From Vicugna vicugna (Eukaryota): a stretch of 64,000 nt of DNA. A model generated the notes under the pieces. It worked only from the letters and a program-made list of their open reading frames with translations, did not search any database and was not told the DNA's origin. This document shows, one piece after another, positions 25,100 to 38,657 of the stretch (the first letter of the stretch is position 1; each line of letters begins with the position of its first letter). The stretch is taken from positions 4,302,783 through 4,366,782 of the forward strand of contig MU058423.1 of assembly GCA_013265495.1 (NCBI GenBank), written 5' to 3'. The position numbers were made by a program, and so were the translations under genes.

Positions 25100-26640
25100 A
25101 GTCATTCATTTGGTCATTCAATAAATATTGCTTTGAACACATTCCATGGATCAGGTCTTCTAGATGTTGAGAATAAAGATAAGTGGATGGAGAGGGGCCT
25201 CTAAAGGCCCTGTCATCATGGAGTTGTCTTCATTTGGGTAAAGACAGCCCATAAACAAGCAAATTAATATACAGTATATCATGGAGCAGTAAGTACTACA
25301 GGAAAAAAAACATATTTCATTTATATGTGAAATCTAAAAAATAAAACAAACATGCAAAACAAAACAAAAACAAACTCACAGATACAGAGAACAGATTGGT
25401 GGTTACCAGAGTGCAAGGAGGTTGGGAAGAGGGTGAAGTGGATGAAGGGCATCAAATATATGGTGATGGATGGTAACCAGACTTAAGAGAAGCAATCACT
25501 TTGTAGTGTATACAAATATCAAACTATAATGTTACATGCCAATTTAACCTCAATTAAAAAAAATAAAAGACTATAGGGAGCAAGGGTGAAAACAGTGAGA
25601 CCAGATAGGAAATTACTGTGGCTACAAGGGCAATGAGAGTGGCTTGGATGGCTGGATTCTAGATGTATTTGTTGATGCACTGGATGTGGCAAAGGCAAGG
25701 CTCCAAGGTTTTGGATGCAATGAGGAGAGGTGATAAAGAGAGGACTTCAAGATTTTTTGCCTAATCACCTGGCAGAATGGTGTTGCATTGAACAGAGGAC
25801 GTCTGTGGATTCTGTGGTTTGGGGAAGGAAGTGGGAATTAAAGGCTTTGCCTAAGGTAAGTTTAGAATGCTTAATAAAAACTCATCAACACGAAATAGGC
25901 AGTAAATCTGGAGTTCAGTGGTAAGGACTGGGTTGGAGCTATTTGGGGCTTATCTACATACAGCTGACATTTAAAGCCATGAGACTTGTTTGGCAGAGAT
26001 ACAAGTAGAGACAGAGAAGAAGCAGATTGTACCTTGGGAGGAGAAACCAGCAAAGGAGAGTGAGAAAGACAGATGAGGGAGAACTAAGATAGAGAGGCCC
26101 AAAAAGTCAAGTGAGGAAAGATTTCAAGATCAATGTCCCAATAAATCAAGAAAGATGAAGTTTGATGACTCACCACTGAATTGGACAATGTGGAGATCAG
26201 TGGTGATATTGACAAGAATTGATTTGTTAGAATGGTGGGGAACAAAGAATGATTGGTTAGGGGGAGAATGGAATAAAAGGAGGTATAGAAAGTCAATACA
26301 GACAACTTTTTTTTCAAGGAGCTTTGTTGTAAAAAGGAATAGAGAAATGGGACAATGGTTAGAAGGTTGGAAGAAGATGTGAAGTTAAGGGAGTATTTTT
26401 TTCAGATGGGATATATTTTAGCATATTTATATAAGTGGTATTAGAGAGGAAAATGATGTAGGAGGGAAAGGGTAGACTATCTGCAGCAATGTCTTTTGGT
26501 GAGAAGGGATGGGATCGATTCACGTACAGAGGAATCAGTTTTAGAATAGGGGATAATGCATCCATAGTAATGGAAAGACGGGCAAAATTTGGAGAACTGA
26601 TGCAGGAATATTGTTAAACAAAGTGCTGGGAACTTGTGGA
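25100..26640 (-). mobile_element. L2 LINE, interrupted by a short L1 3' end
   Basis: Begins with the reverse L2 tail gtcattcatttggtcattcaataaatattg and continues with L2 ORF2-like purine-rich phrases (gacaactttttttcaaggagctttgttgtaaaaagg). Confidence 0.75.
25311..25568 (+). mobile_element. Short L1 3' UTR fragment with A-tail, inserted in L2
   Basis: aaactcacagatacagagaacagattggtggttaccagag...cctcaattaaaaaaaataaaa; TSD-like actacagg (25295-25302) / actatagg (25570-25577). Confidence 0.85.
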
Positions 26641-27234
26641 AATTAGGTTCTTTGATGGCAGAGTGCCTTTTGTACTTACATTCTACTCAACGACAGAGAG
26701 AAATAAGCAGCCAATCAATGTTATGATAAGGACCCACTGGAGAAGAGTCTAAGGGTTAGTGTGTATGTGGTTGGTGTGTGCTTGTGGGGGAGGAAAGGTG
26801 GCTGGGGCTCAGTGCTCTAGGTTAAGCAAGCTGCACGTTCAAAGCCCGCAGGGCAGGAGAGTGAAGGACACTCTGGGGACTGAAAACAGCTGGAGGGATC
26901 ATGGCTGGAGAGAGGTGCTGGAAATGGAGAGATGCAGTGAGAACTGAGAGGATTATATAAACTCGAGAAATATTTGGAAGTCGGAATGGATAGAACATGG
27001 TAGTGCCTTGGCTATTAGGGATACGTATGAGGGAAAGAGAAGAGCTACAGTTGGCTCAGGTTCTGGCTTGAGCAGTGGGTTTATGCTGATGTTGGTAGCT
27101 CTGAGCCTTTGTTGACGCTTTATTTACCTCTGTGCAAATCTGACTTCCGCTTCACATCCAGCGCATATCCTATCTCCTTATGAACCCCACCTCTTACTCT
27201 TCCAGCCCCCTCTGATCACTCTTTTTCTCGAATA

Positions 27235-27345
27235 TGTCAGGCACAGCATGTGGTGTTTTTACATATTATCTCATTAATCTCTACTACAGTTCCATGAGGT
27301 AGGTCCTGCTATCCCTTATTACAGATAAAAAAGTGGAGGCTCAGT
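27235..27345 (-). mobile_element. MIR SINE
   Basis: ccatgaggtaggtcctgctatcccttattacagataaaaaagtggaggctcag. Confidence 0.75.
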
Positions 27346-29864
27346 GTGGACCTTTTAACAAAGGTCTACATGTCTCCCTGGTCCATGCTGAAATGATAAA
27401 TTTAAAATAACCAAAGAGCAGTTTCTGAATCTCTAACTCTATTTTTCGTACATTGTACCACAATGTGTCTGATGATAGTGAGACTTGGTTTATAAAGGTG
27501 CAATCAATGCCCCTTTAACTCACCATAGCACTTTGAACATAGGAGGAATTCAATAAATGTTGACCTGAAGTGAAGAAAAGCTGTGGATGAGACCCCAAAG
27601 TTTGAAACTTTAGGTAAACCAATAGTTTTCACTGAAACAATTTCGGGGTGGGGGACTCAGAGAGCACTCTCATTGGCTGAAAGGCTAACAAGATTATAAT
27701 ATTAATTGAATAACACTTTAAAGATCTAAAAGCAGTCCACACCTCATCTTCCATTTGATTCTTCTTTGTAACTTATGTCCTAATCTTATAAATGAGCAAA
27801 CTGGAATTCACAAGGTTAAATAGCTTGGTTATATGACAATAGGTCTAAACAAGAAAAACTGCACAGCCAGCACATTTTCCCAATATACCATTAACCTCCC
27901 ATATCACTATAAACCAGTACTTCTCAGTAATCCCCATTTCAGCTAACACATATTGGTTATTTATGGGAGAAAAAAATGATGAATAAGATGAAGAACCTCA
28001 CGCTCTAGTAAAAGTAAAAAATAAGCAGTTAAAAATCATCCTAAAATGTGACAAATGTAGTTAGAATTACATACAAAATGATAAGAAAGCACAGGGATTG
28101 GAAAGATTCATTTTGCTTGGGGCAAGGAGTAGAGAAACAGAAGGTTTCAGTTTGCACATTAATTCCAAGATGCATTGTCAAATACATTGATCATTACTGG
28201 ACACTGAATTAAAGAGAAGAACCCACTGACAGTGGGCGAATCGGAATACCAAAGAAAATGCTCCAAATTTCTGCTGTACATTCACAGAACTGCTCTATTC
28301 TTATACGTTTATTAAAACAAATAATTTCTTAAACCTCTAACAAAAGAGGAGCACGATGAAAAGACCTACGATATGACACATTTGGCACTCATATCTCTTA
28401 CTCCTAATATTGAAAATTTAACAGAAAGCCATATGGTTTACAGTAAGATGTAAACAAATGATGTCAAAATAATTAAGGGTCAATATAACCAAATCACCTG
28501 ACAGGAAAAAACTACATTTTAGAAATTTCCATGTGACATTTATTTCACTGTTTAGGCTTGAAACCCTGCAAATTTCAACTCACGACGGAGAGTTTCCAAA
28601 TGCCTATGATTATTCTGTTAATCACAGTTAGTTGACTCTAGGTTGACTCCCTTTCAGGAAGTCCTCCCACTTACAGACTCCATTCCAGTCCACTGCCAAA
28701 TTCATAAGATAAAGAGAAGAGCTGCATTGGAATTTTCACTAATGAAAATCCTCTAATTTCTGGAAAAGTAATGCACAGAGCCTAGAGGGGTGAATTTATA
28801 GTAGTGTACCAATGTACAGAGGTAGAGACTTTTAGGTTCCTTTCCTACCACTGATTTGCTATAAATTTTTATCAGCTTTTACTTTTCTGTAATTCTTCAG
28901 GGAACTCAAGGAGGCAGTATTCTGAGAGACAGGGAAACATAATATTGGAACAATAAGAAAACAAGATACGATTACTATACCATGACGGGCACTTCATGCA
29001 ACAGTCATTCATTTGCACATTCATTCAACAAACATCTGAAGATGCCTGCCGTGCAAGACACCAGAGGCAAGAATGCTGAATAAAGACAGAGTCAAGGTGC
29101 TCATCATCAAGTGTGAGAAGCAAATAGGCAAAATTCTCACTGTACCCAAGTCACATAGAATGCCCTGCCTGCATATTTGATCAAAAACTTTATTTCAGTG
29201 GAGACTAGCCAGATGTAACAGGCAGGAATTCTCAAGGGAATTTCGCAGGTGCACAAAGAGACTTCAGTCTGGACTGAGCTTCTGCCTCAGCCCTCCCTTA
29301 ACCCAAGTGGGGCCAAACATAAAGACTAAATAGCAAAATAATGAGAAAAAAGTGACCTGAAGGTGCCTTAAACTAATATGAATAGAGAAAATGTCGAGAT
29401 CAGCCAAATCAATGCAAAATAATTTCTGTTTTTAAAACTGCCAATGTATGAAGAAAGAAGAACAAAGAGCTATAGCCAGGAATTCTCCTCAGAGAATACA
29501 GCATGATATAATGTAAAGGTCCAAGGAGCACTTATAAAAAGTGAAAGAAAAATCCATATGCAGTCTTTTAACTTCATAAGGATGAGGGGGGAGCATCGAT
29601 TGTCATAAGATTGCAAAGGACTTTACTCTGTAGCTAAATAGCTTAATCCACTAGAACTTTGGGGTTGCTTTTTTAATGAAGTGATCTCTATAATAAATGG
29701 CCCTTTCAGCCTTCACAAAGAAAAAAAAAATGGCAGGGAGTGTGTCAACCTCCAATAAATTGTGTGGGAGGTAAGCTGATCAATAAGAAGTCTCTCTCAC
29801 TGTCACCTTAAGGAGCAACCAGCTACAGAAATTCGCACTAGGATGGGAAAAAAGCGGTGGGAGT

Positions 29865-29945
29865 TGGGGGTGGTGGTGGTGGTGAAGGATTCTGAAAAAC
29901 AGAAAAGTATATGAGTGAGTGTGTGTGTGAGTGTGTCTGTGTGTA
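29865..29945. repeat. (GGT)n plus (GT/GA)n simple repeats
   Basis: gggggtggtggtggtggtg and gagtgagtgtgtgtgtgagtgtgtctgtgtgt seen directly. Confidence 0.8.
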
Positions 29946-32609
29946 TTTAAAAGGCAGAGAGGAAAGAAGGTGAAATGGATTTGTTCAATCAAGTAACAAG
30001 AGAGAGCTAGGAGTCTAGATTAATGAGCCATCTATCGACATCTATCAAACATGATAGTTTAGCATCTATAATTCCTTGGAATATTTCAACAAATTACAGG
30101 AAGATTCCTAAGAGAAAAAGAAAAATACATTTTAAAAAATGTGGAGTTTCAGAACATTTCATTAGATGTGTTTGGGTCATAATTTATTGTCATTACACCT
30201 TATTTCTATTTTTTTTCAAAATCCCAACAATAATACTCAAATCCAACACCTGCATTCCTGAATATACTCAAATGTTAAAATGAATGTTTTTCCTTAAAAT
30301 TAATAAAGGCAAGCGCCAGAAGCATAACTCTCAAATACATCTTTCCCATAGGGAGTATCTGAGATTGCCTCAGGCTATAAGGCTTGTAAGGAGACAAGAA
30401 ATGCTAAGTGGGAAGTTACAGTGAACAGGAGTTAGAAAGAATTTTTTTAACTTGCCTTGTTAAGGCTAATTACCGCAGATGAAAAGAGCTGGATAACCTA
30501 GAGTGTTCATTAGCTCTCTCACGCCACTAAGGAGCTATCCCCAAAGTGCTAATATCTTTCTTACTACATTCTCAAAATGTTTCACATTCACTATTCATGA
30601 TTAGCACTTCGAAAAGACCAACTTCCTGATTAATGCCTAAATGGAAAGAGTATGTGCCTCAAAAATTAGTACAGGCCTCAAAAGTATAAGCCTACCTGTC
30701 TTAAAGGTTTTAGAAAAAAAATTTTAAAAAGAAAGCAAGCTAGCCTGGAAGTGCTGTTAGCCTGTCCCACACCCCACTCACTCTCCTACCCACACACCCG
30801 TTCTCCTGGAGCCGCGGCAACGCAGCCACGTATGTTGGGATTTGTCACGTTTCAAAGCTTTGGGTTATGTGTATTCCCCTTCACAATAAACACAGCATTG
30901 ATTCCATGGCTTCTTCCCCGCCCTGATCAGAATTACTCGCAAAAGTAGCTCACACATGGGTAAACGGCCAACCCTGCATTATTCATGTTAGGTAATGGTT
31001 TTCAGTCCTTTGCCACCAGATCATCTACTGGGCTGGCTCTCAATCCAGTTATCATGACGGGGGTTCCCCTAATGACAAATGTTCGTAGCTAAGAATAAAG
31101 TTGAGCAACAGAGCAAAAGGGTTTCAACTCTGACTACGACCAACAAAGGGACCTACAGACAATCCTTTATATTGTCTTTCACTTCCCTCCCTTTTTGGAG
31201 TGAAGGAAGAAATTATTTTTTCGTTGGGTTTTGTCTTTTTTTGAAAAACAAAAGGCAAATATGCTCCTGGGAAATGTGCAGACCATATGCTCAGGTCAAC
31301 ATAAGCGATGTTTAAGATCGTCTAATTCATGTATTTATTTCTCAACTCCCAGCTACCACCTGGAGCAACTACAATGTACTGTGCCATTCTCATCTGTGTC
31401 CTTCAGCCAGATGGAGTTCTCTACTTTGATCGTAACACTTGCCTGCCCTGAAAACCTTCAACGGCATAAACTATCAGTTAGAATGTAAACTCCTTAGTTT
31501 GGAATTCAAAGTTCTCCGCAGTTAGATCCCAAACTACTGTTATGGTCTTTTCTTTAACAGTAAAATAAGTCTCCATTTTAGCCAACTGGCCTACTGCTTG
31601 TCTCCAGGCATATCTTGAATTATTTATGATAAAATACGTCCCATTGCTCCTCTTCCCTGAACTGCCCTCATTACCTGCCCTTCACAAAAATGCTCCATCT
31701 GCTGCCCTAACCAATTTAGTCTCCCTCTCAGTCTCCACGTTATGTGCCCCTGGCTTTCTGGAATCATTCAGATTTCATGTGACTGACTATGTGTATTACT
31801 ATATGTACAACAGCTTTTTAAAAATACCTTAATAAAACTTCTATGTAAATGTGTAAATCAGGACAAAAGTCTTTATCAGTTCATGCATTCTAGTTTTTCA
31901 CTTCAAAATGTATAAAAGCACTTATTACACATGTTAACTTCCATGGGCCTTAACTCTTATTTTTTGTTTTGTGGTTATTTCACTGTGTATATTATTTCTC
32001 CTCCATCAGAGTAAACACCAGAATGTAGCTTTTTAAATCACAGTCCTCAGCCAGAGTACTGTACATAAACACTGTGTTTCCCTTCTGTAATAAATTTTGG
32101 ACCAATAAATATTATAATACAATGTTATCTTTTAAAATAATAAATTTGTCACCTATGAGCAATAAGAAATTTAGGAATAAAATATTAATTAAAATATTTA
32201 TTTGAATTTTTATAAAGTTTTTTTAATCTTATGAAACATGCAAAGGAAGAAAAATTTTCCTTTCCAGCAGTTCTTACACGATGTTAATAAATCAAATCAT
32301 TGTTATCAAATTAGCTATTGCAAGTTGTCTGGTATTTTAAGAAAACTTAAGATGCATACATGACATTTCTCACATTTGTGATTAAATAATCCTTTGTCTA
32401 TTTTTATGTTTAACGCCTTTACTTTTTACTGGACTGTCCACTCCCTAAAACTACGGGACTATGTTAAACTTGTTCATTTCCACATCTCCAGTACAGTGCC
32501 TAGTGCAGGGCAGGAACTCAGAAAATAACTTGTTGGATCAATGAATTAAGGAATGAATAATTAAAGGGAAAAAATGAATTAATTTAAATTAATTAATTAA
32601 AGAGCAACT

Positions 32610-33502
32610 ACTACCACCAGCACCCCTACTTCTGGGGGCTCTGACCCGCTGTGACTACAGCTCTCCACAGGTATTTACCTGGGCTGAAGCCACAGTCCAT
32701 CAAGGCTGTTGAGAGCCTCTGCCTTGCTTTTTCCCTTCCCCAAGAACTAAGCTTGGTGAGTAGTCCCAGTTGGAACTTCCTTCCTCTATGTAAAATAACG
32801 GCTTTGCATCAGTGGCTTCCACTCACCAGGTCTGACAAGCAATAGAAGCAGCAGAAATGCTGACAGAAGAAACCAGAAGGGTTTGGAAGGGAAAATATTC
32901 ACCTGATTGACCTCTGGGGTTCTCTGAACTTTAGCATCTTGACAATAGTCTTGCCTGGTGACAAAGGTAGGGATGCTATTAGTTTGGAGCCCAGACAAGC
33001 CAGACAGGAGGATGTCAAAGCAGGGCTAACTCAGTCCCAACATTCTCAGAAGTAATACATTCTGGAAAAAGTCGTAAGGATGGTAGTGACTGCTACAGAA
33101 AACCCTGGCCAAAAGCCACATGCTTCCATGGGTCCATTAGTGACTAGCTGTGGTTACTTCCGTCTTGCTGCTGATGCTACAGGTGAGCTTCATGCTGTGA
33201 AGGTGGTTGTTGCTAGTACAGCTGTTGGAGGCAGGGCAGACCCTCCACCAACTGAAGAACGCCAGGATGAAAGTAAGGATCTTGTTGTCCCCAGATTTAC
33301 TGTTTGAAGTGAGTGTAAAAAGAGGTCCCAAAGCAGGCCCAGGAAGCATTCAGCAAGAAAAGGATCATCTTCTCCCCATTTCCTCTATACAGTCTGTCTT
33401 AAATGTCAGGGGCCATTTCAAGTAGGACATCAAGAAACCTGGGAAAATCAAGAAACCTCTTTTGTCTTCATACGAGGTTATCATATAAAACTACTGTTGT
33501 GA
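32610..33502 (+). pseudogene. Possible decayed coding insert (retrocopy or unrecognised element); source unknown
   Basis: GC-balanced island in AT-rich DNA. One plus frame runs 32864-33502 (213 codons) with only two internal stops (33053, 33305). No homologue recognised and no polyA tail. Confidence 0.3.
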
Positions 33503-34959
33503 GATGATCAGATGAGTGTTTTCATTTTTCAATTGTTGTTTACTATCATGGAGACATGGCCAAAATTTTAATCTTCTTGTGCATTCCTGTCATTTTCTGA
33601 TAAACTACAATTTGCAGTCAAAAGGGAGGATACAACGTTCACACAATCATAGTTCTGTGGTGTCCCTCTCAACTCACTCAGTATTTATAGGAAGTTTCTG
33701 ACCCCGCTAACAAACTGTCATTAGCCTGGAGTTTGAATCAACAGGATTATAACTGAAATAACAGAATTTCAAATTGTATTTTGACTCAAGATATAAAGAA
33801 AACTATAAAGATTTTAATAACCATTTAAAGAAGAAAAGCAGAGACCTAAGAAAAAAATTAGTCTGCAAAAAATTCCTGACATCTATAAGCACAAACCTCA
33901 CAAATGAGAGAAGCAGTTGATTAACATCTGAATGAAGCAAACAGCAAGACTGAGGCTTTTATCTTGTGGAGGAAGAACATACAATGAGGGTAAAACAAAG
34001 ATAGCAAATGTAAATTATTCATTACCAGAATAATACTATTTTAGGGAGGGAAAGTAAAGAGTAGCATTTGAGGGAAAGGATCTAAAAACGAGTTCTAGTA
34101 AGTTCTAGATTTATGTCTATGAAAATCATCCCAAACAAGTTCAGAGTTAAACGAAGTGACTTTTAAAGTCTTTCCTATGTCTAATTTTGATGATTGTAGG
34201 GGTTAGTAAATCAAAGCTGTCTTACAATTCCTAGTACTGATGATCCTTTCAAAAAACTCAATCTATCCCTATTAAGTGTAACACTGAGTTTTTTCCGATG
34301 AATGTATTTGCCACCTTGACCTGATGAGGACTTAAGTGTGAAAGGAACACAAATGGAGACAACTGGAAGCTGTTAACTTACAGACTGCTTTGCAGCTTTG
34401 GTTGAATAGAAATATACCAGGAAAACATGACCAAAAAAAAAAAAAAAGAGAGAGAGAGAAAATGGGAACACTAAGACTCTCATAGAAATTACTAGTATCC
34501 TTAGGAACGAGTGCTTACAATTTTAACGGCTTTCTGGCTTTTAAAACCCAACCATTTTTATAGCTTAATTTTTAAGACTAGCGTTTCCTAAATGGTTTTT
34601 TATTTCCTATTCCTAATTCCAATCCATTTTTAGTCACCCCTATTACAGAGTGGTTAATTTTTAGGACTCCTCTGAAATATTCCTTTACTTAGTATTCTTC
34701 CCCTTTTCCCTTTGGGCTTTTCAGATGAAACATTTGTCTTTTTCTGTAATCTTATTATATTTTTTTGCTTCCTCCATTCCAAGGATTAAAACAAATGAAA
34801 AATAGCAGCAGACGCAACAGCAGCAGCAACAAAAAAGCCTTATTCTCTTTGTACAAAGAAGGTCACACTCTCAGGCTAACGTCGTCTCTGTGGATCGGAT
34901 GGCTGGCCGAGATGTGCTCATGGGCGGAACTTGACTTTTCCTCCAGTGAGGAAGCACTC

Positions 34960-35210
34960 AGTGAAGTAGGCTTCTGTATCCTGTGGAGATGGACTCTGAA
35001 TTCCAATCCTCACTGAGTTTCCACTCTGCCACCTGCTTAATTACGAACTCTAGTGAGTTCTTTAATTTCCATGCTTGTTTCCTCATGTGAAAAAAAAGGA
35101 CATTATAATAATAGCCACTTAAATTGTTGTTTTTTGTTTTTTGAGGAAGTAAATGCTTGGAAGAGGGTTTGGCACATTAGAATTGCCATGTGAGTGTTTG
35201 CTGTTATTAT
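34960..35210 (+). mobile_element. MIR SINE
   Basis: ggactctgaattcc...ccactctgccacctgct...tttcctcatgtgaaaa...ttggcacattag. Confidence 0.7.
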
Positions 35211-35990
35211 AAACTGTATCTATTTATGTCTGCCGCTAAAAAAAAAAATCTACGTTGACATGCTGATTGTTTTCTTTTTAAATAAAATACAATGTAGAGA
35301 GTCTATTATGAAGCTGTTTTTATTTTTGTTTTCATTCAATTCTATTTAATCATTTCATCTAAGGAGCACATGAAGTGACATGCTTTAGTTCACAGAGATG
35401 AACCTACATTATTTTAATGTGGGACAATGACAATTTTTCAGTAACATCATATGAATTTTTTTCTTCCTCAGCTACTAGTATAGTGAGAAAAAATAAATAA
35501 AAGACTTCCTAGACCCATTAAGACACTTATTATGAGTAGCTCTGGGCAAAACATTAAATAAAAGAGCATATAATCCCAAGAAGAGCATTCAATTTAATGA
35601 AATTCATCCTATAAACCCAAATGTAGATGATCCTATCTGAACAGGGCAAAACACACAATGCGTTTATAGAGTTAGGGATTAACATGACAATGTCTTTCAC
35701 ATAATGCTTTAATCCCACTTGTCCAATACTGGAAAATGGGAGTGGAGGTCCTATTATCACTGACAATGTCCTAAATAATAAAATACTCTTGGGGGAAAAG
35801 GCTCTTTGGGTTACTATAGGCCTGAGGCTACTGAAACAAAGAGGAAGCATGGGAAAGAATGCAGGATTACTGAAGTGGAAATGTAGGATGCTTTCTCATT
35901 GTGAGGTCATAGGGAGAATAAGAGATAGCTTGGTTCTGGAAATTCCAGCAAGCAGCATCTATATTTATATTCTTTGTCTTGCTGCTGCAG

Positions 35991-36047
35991 GATATTTGCC
36001 AAGGAGCCGTGTGTCCCCTCTTGCTCTGCATCTCCTTGGCTAACATG
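35991..36047 (+). other. Candidate 57-nt internal exon
   Basis: Acceptor tattctttgtcttgctgctgcag| and donor ATG|gtaagg, in unique sequence. Confidence 0.25.
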
Positions 36048-37089
36048 GTAAGGGTTCCTTCAGCTGGGGCCCATGCAAAGTGTGCTGTCTCCTTCTTCCA
36101 CCTGAAATCTTCCACCATCCTTAGAGCACGTTTATGCGCAAGGATCAAATTAGCTCTGTAGCGTCAAGCTGATATATTTGGATATATTCACAATCAATTC
36201 AAAATTAAGTGACTAGAATGGCTGTGTAGCAACTCAATTTATTTATTAAGATGTCCAAAGTAACTGTATTGATGGGTTTGATCCTTTGAAAGGTTTTGAA
36301 CCTTTCACTGTCTTGAGTAAAAAGGAGGCCAATTCTTCATTTCCAAAGAGCTGATTGGGACATTGAGGCAAAACATTAATGGGATGAGATGCATTCTTTA
36401 AATGTAGATTCTTATTTCCACATCTATACTACAACTACAAAATGCTTATGTGAAATGGACACACACCACAAGGTAGACTTTTCTCAACTATTTCTCTAGA
36501 CCTAGTTACAACTAAAACACTCCAGCTTTGGAAACATTTTTTAGAAAGTGGATTTCAGTGATAGTCTCACAGTTGGCAACTAAAATATTTTCTACTTATA
36601 ACTTTACGAATTATGATCTAAACTGGTTTCTAAACTGGTTCATTCAATCCAAATAATTATAAAGGCAGGTAACTCATATCATATAAATAACATAACATCT
36701 TTTAAAAAAAATCTCATATAATTATATTTTGAAGCAGATTTGCCTTTCTAACTTAACATGAAGAAAGATCAAGCAGGTAGCTGAGGAAGGAAGACAGAAG
36801 TTAGAAATTCAGAGTAGGAAGAAAAATACCCCTACCTTTCAGATAAGCAAAAACATTTCAAAGTCAAATCTGTCAGAAATGGAAGCCAGCTCAGTTTGGA
36901 CAATGAAAAATAAAAAACAAAACCAGTTTGGACATTTTGACAGGTAAAGAAACGGCATAAAGTATGGCTGATTAATTCAGTTAGAATATGATACTAATTG
37001 GACAGGAGTCATTGTCTTGATTAAATCTTTTACTTGCTCTCTGGTTTCTGCAGAGTAAAAGCCAAACACACGGCTTACAGTGACTTTCC

Positions 37090-37473
37090 CAATCTTGCCT
37101 TACCTTCCTCTTTTGCTTCCCTTCCCTGACTCCACCTCCTCCAGGTTTAAGGAACATCTTGAGCAGGGTTCGCTCTGCAACTCCAGAAAGTTCGGCCCCT
37201 CTGCCTGGACCACCTTTCCCGTGGCCCTTCCTTTATGAGAACCCTTATTAAGTCCTCCCCTGGGATGCTTCTGGTAACCTTGTTGGGCTCTGTTAGGGTC
37301 ATTCCAAACACTTTTTATATTAATTGCTTGCACATTTGCAGGACCTCTCACAAAAACCCTGAGCTCTTTGAAGGCAGGGATTATGACTTTCATTCATACA
37401 GAAAATAAAAAGCATGAGGTCTGGAATCTAACAAGTATTCAGTGCATTTATTCATTGACTGAATGAATGAATG
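37090..37473 (+). mobile_element. L2 LINE 3' end
   Basis: gagctctttgaaggcagggattatgact...ttcattgactgaatgaatgaatg is the canonical L2 tail. Confidence 0.75.
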
Positions 37474-38625
37474 CTGTTTCAGAAAATACCCAAGACTCCT
37501 CACCCTGTATAGCGTCTCCTGAGAGATTTCCTTGGTTACATGAGGAAATAAGAGAAGCCACTGGAAGCCCATTGTCCATAAAGGGGAAAGGCAATTAAAC
37601 TAAATTGTGGGTTGGGACTAACAATGGATCAATAATATTATTTTTGCTTTAAAAGGACAGCCTCATTTGGCTATCAAATAATTACAGGGACTTTTAAATG
37701 TTTGAGGTGTAATATAAAGTGATAAAATGACTTCAATAAACAATACATGAAAACCAGTTCCATTAACTTAAAGTCACCTTCTTACAGCTACATTTAATAT
37801 GTATGCTGCTTTTACAATTAAAACCACAGCTATGAACAATCAAATGAGGTTCCAAATACACATTTTCAGTTTTCTCAAAGAGCTTGAGTTCAGTAAAATA
37901 ATCAACCTGTTCATTAGAATAGTTCTTAGTTGTAAAATATAAAATAATGTATGAACAGGACAATAGAGGATGGCACCAGGCATGCTTTGACAGTAGGGGC
38001 TCATTCCTCAGGATTCCAGGCTATTTCTAAGTAGGCTGAACTTAGAGCTTTTGAACCACAGAAATATTGTTTTACAGGCAACTTTATTCCCATAATAGCT
38101 TCAGTCCCACTTCCCAAAGTAGCGATCTATCAGAAATGAGGGATTTGGAGTGGGGAACTGCTGAAAAACTTGAATCACTAAAATTTCCTACTGAACTTGA
38201 ACTTAGGTGCCCACAAAGAAGCAACAAGGCAGTCAGTGAGAAAGGAAAATGTTTAAAGAATTTATCCCCATCTAGTTCCAGTTTTCAAGTCACATGGGAA
38301 AAGAAGAATTTAATCAAAAAGGCCCTAAATATATTTTCAGCTGGGCTAAAGCGTTTCTTTTTATTTTCTAGTCTTTGCACCACTGCAGGAAGCCAACCAA
38401 CTCAAAAACAACTGCCCACCTCTCATCTTCTCATTTATCAATGTCCCCATACCCAAGCTCTAGGCTGTTTTTCCTTTGGCAATTACTGTACCCCTTTATG
38501 GAGAAAAGCTATCTTTGCCATAATGACATATGGTTATAAAGACATACGGTTGTGATGTTTAATCATCTTAAATTTAAAATGATTTTTAAATGCTAAAAAA
38601 ACACTTCGTGTTCGAAACAGCTTAC

Positions 38626-38657
38626 CTTCTGAATTCTCCAGGCATAAAAGGCGAAGG
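38626..38657 (-). other. Candidate 32-nt microexon
   Basis: Minus strand: cttgcctcatgtttccgtcacag|CCTTCGCCTTTTATGCCTGGAGAATTCAGAAG|gtaagc. Consensus splice sites and four CpGs within about 60 bp in CpG-poor DNA. Confidence 0.45.

Noticed and set aside
36288..36308. 9-bp inverted repeat tgaaaggtt-ttg-aacctttca and small tandem duplications (about 36617, 15432, 63105)
   Set aside because: Short enough to arise by chance or slippage; no supporting context.
38067..38555. 162-aa ORF and the many other 60-130 aa ORFs in the track
   Set aside because: No recognisable domain, often non-ATG starts, and many lie inside repeats; consistent with chance ORFs.
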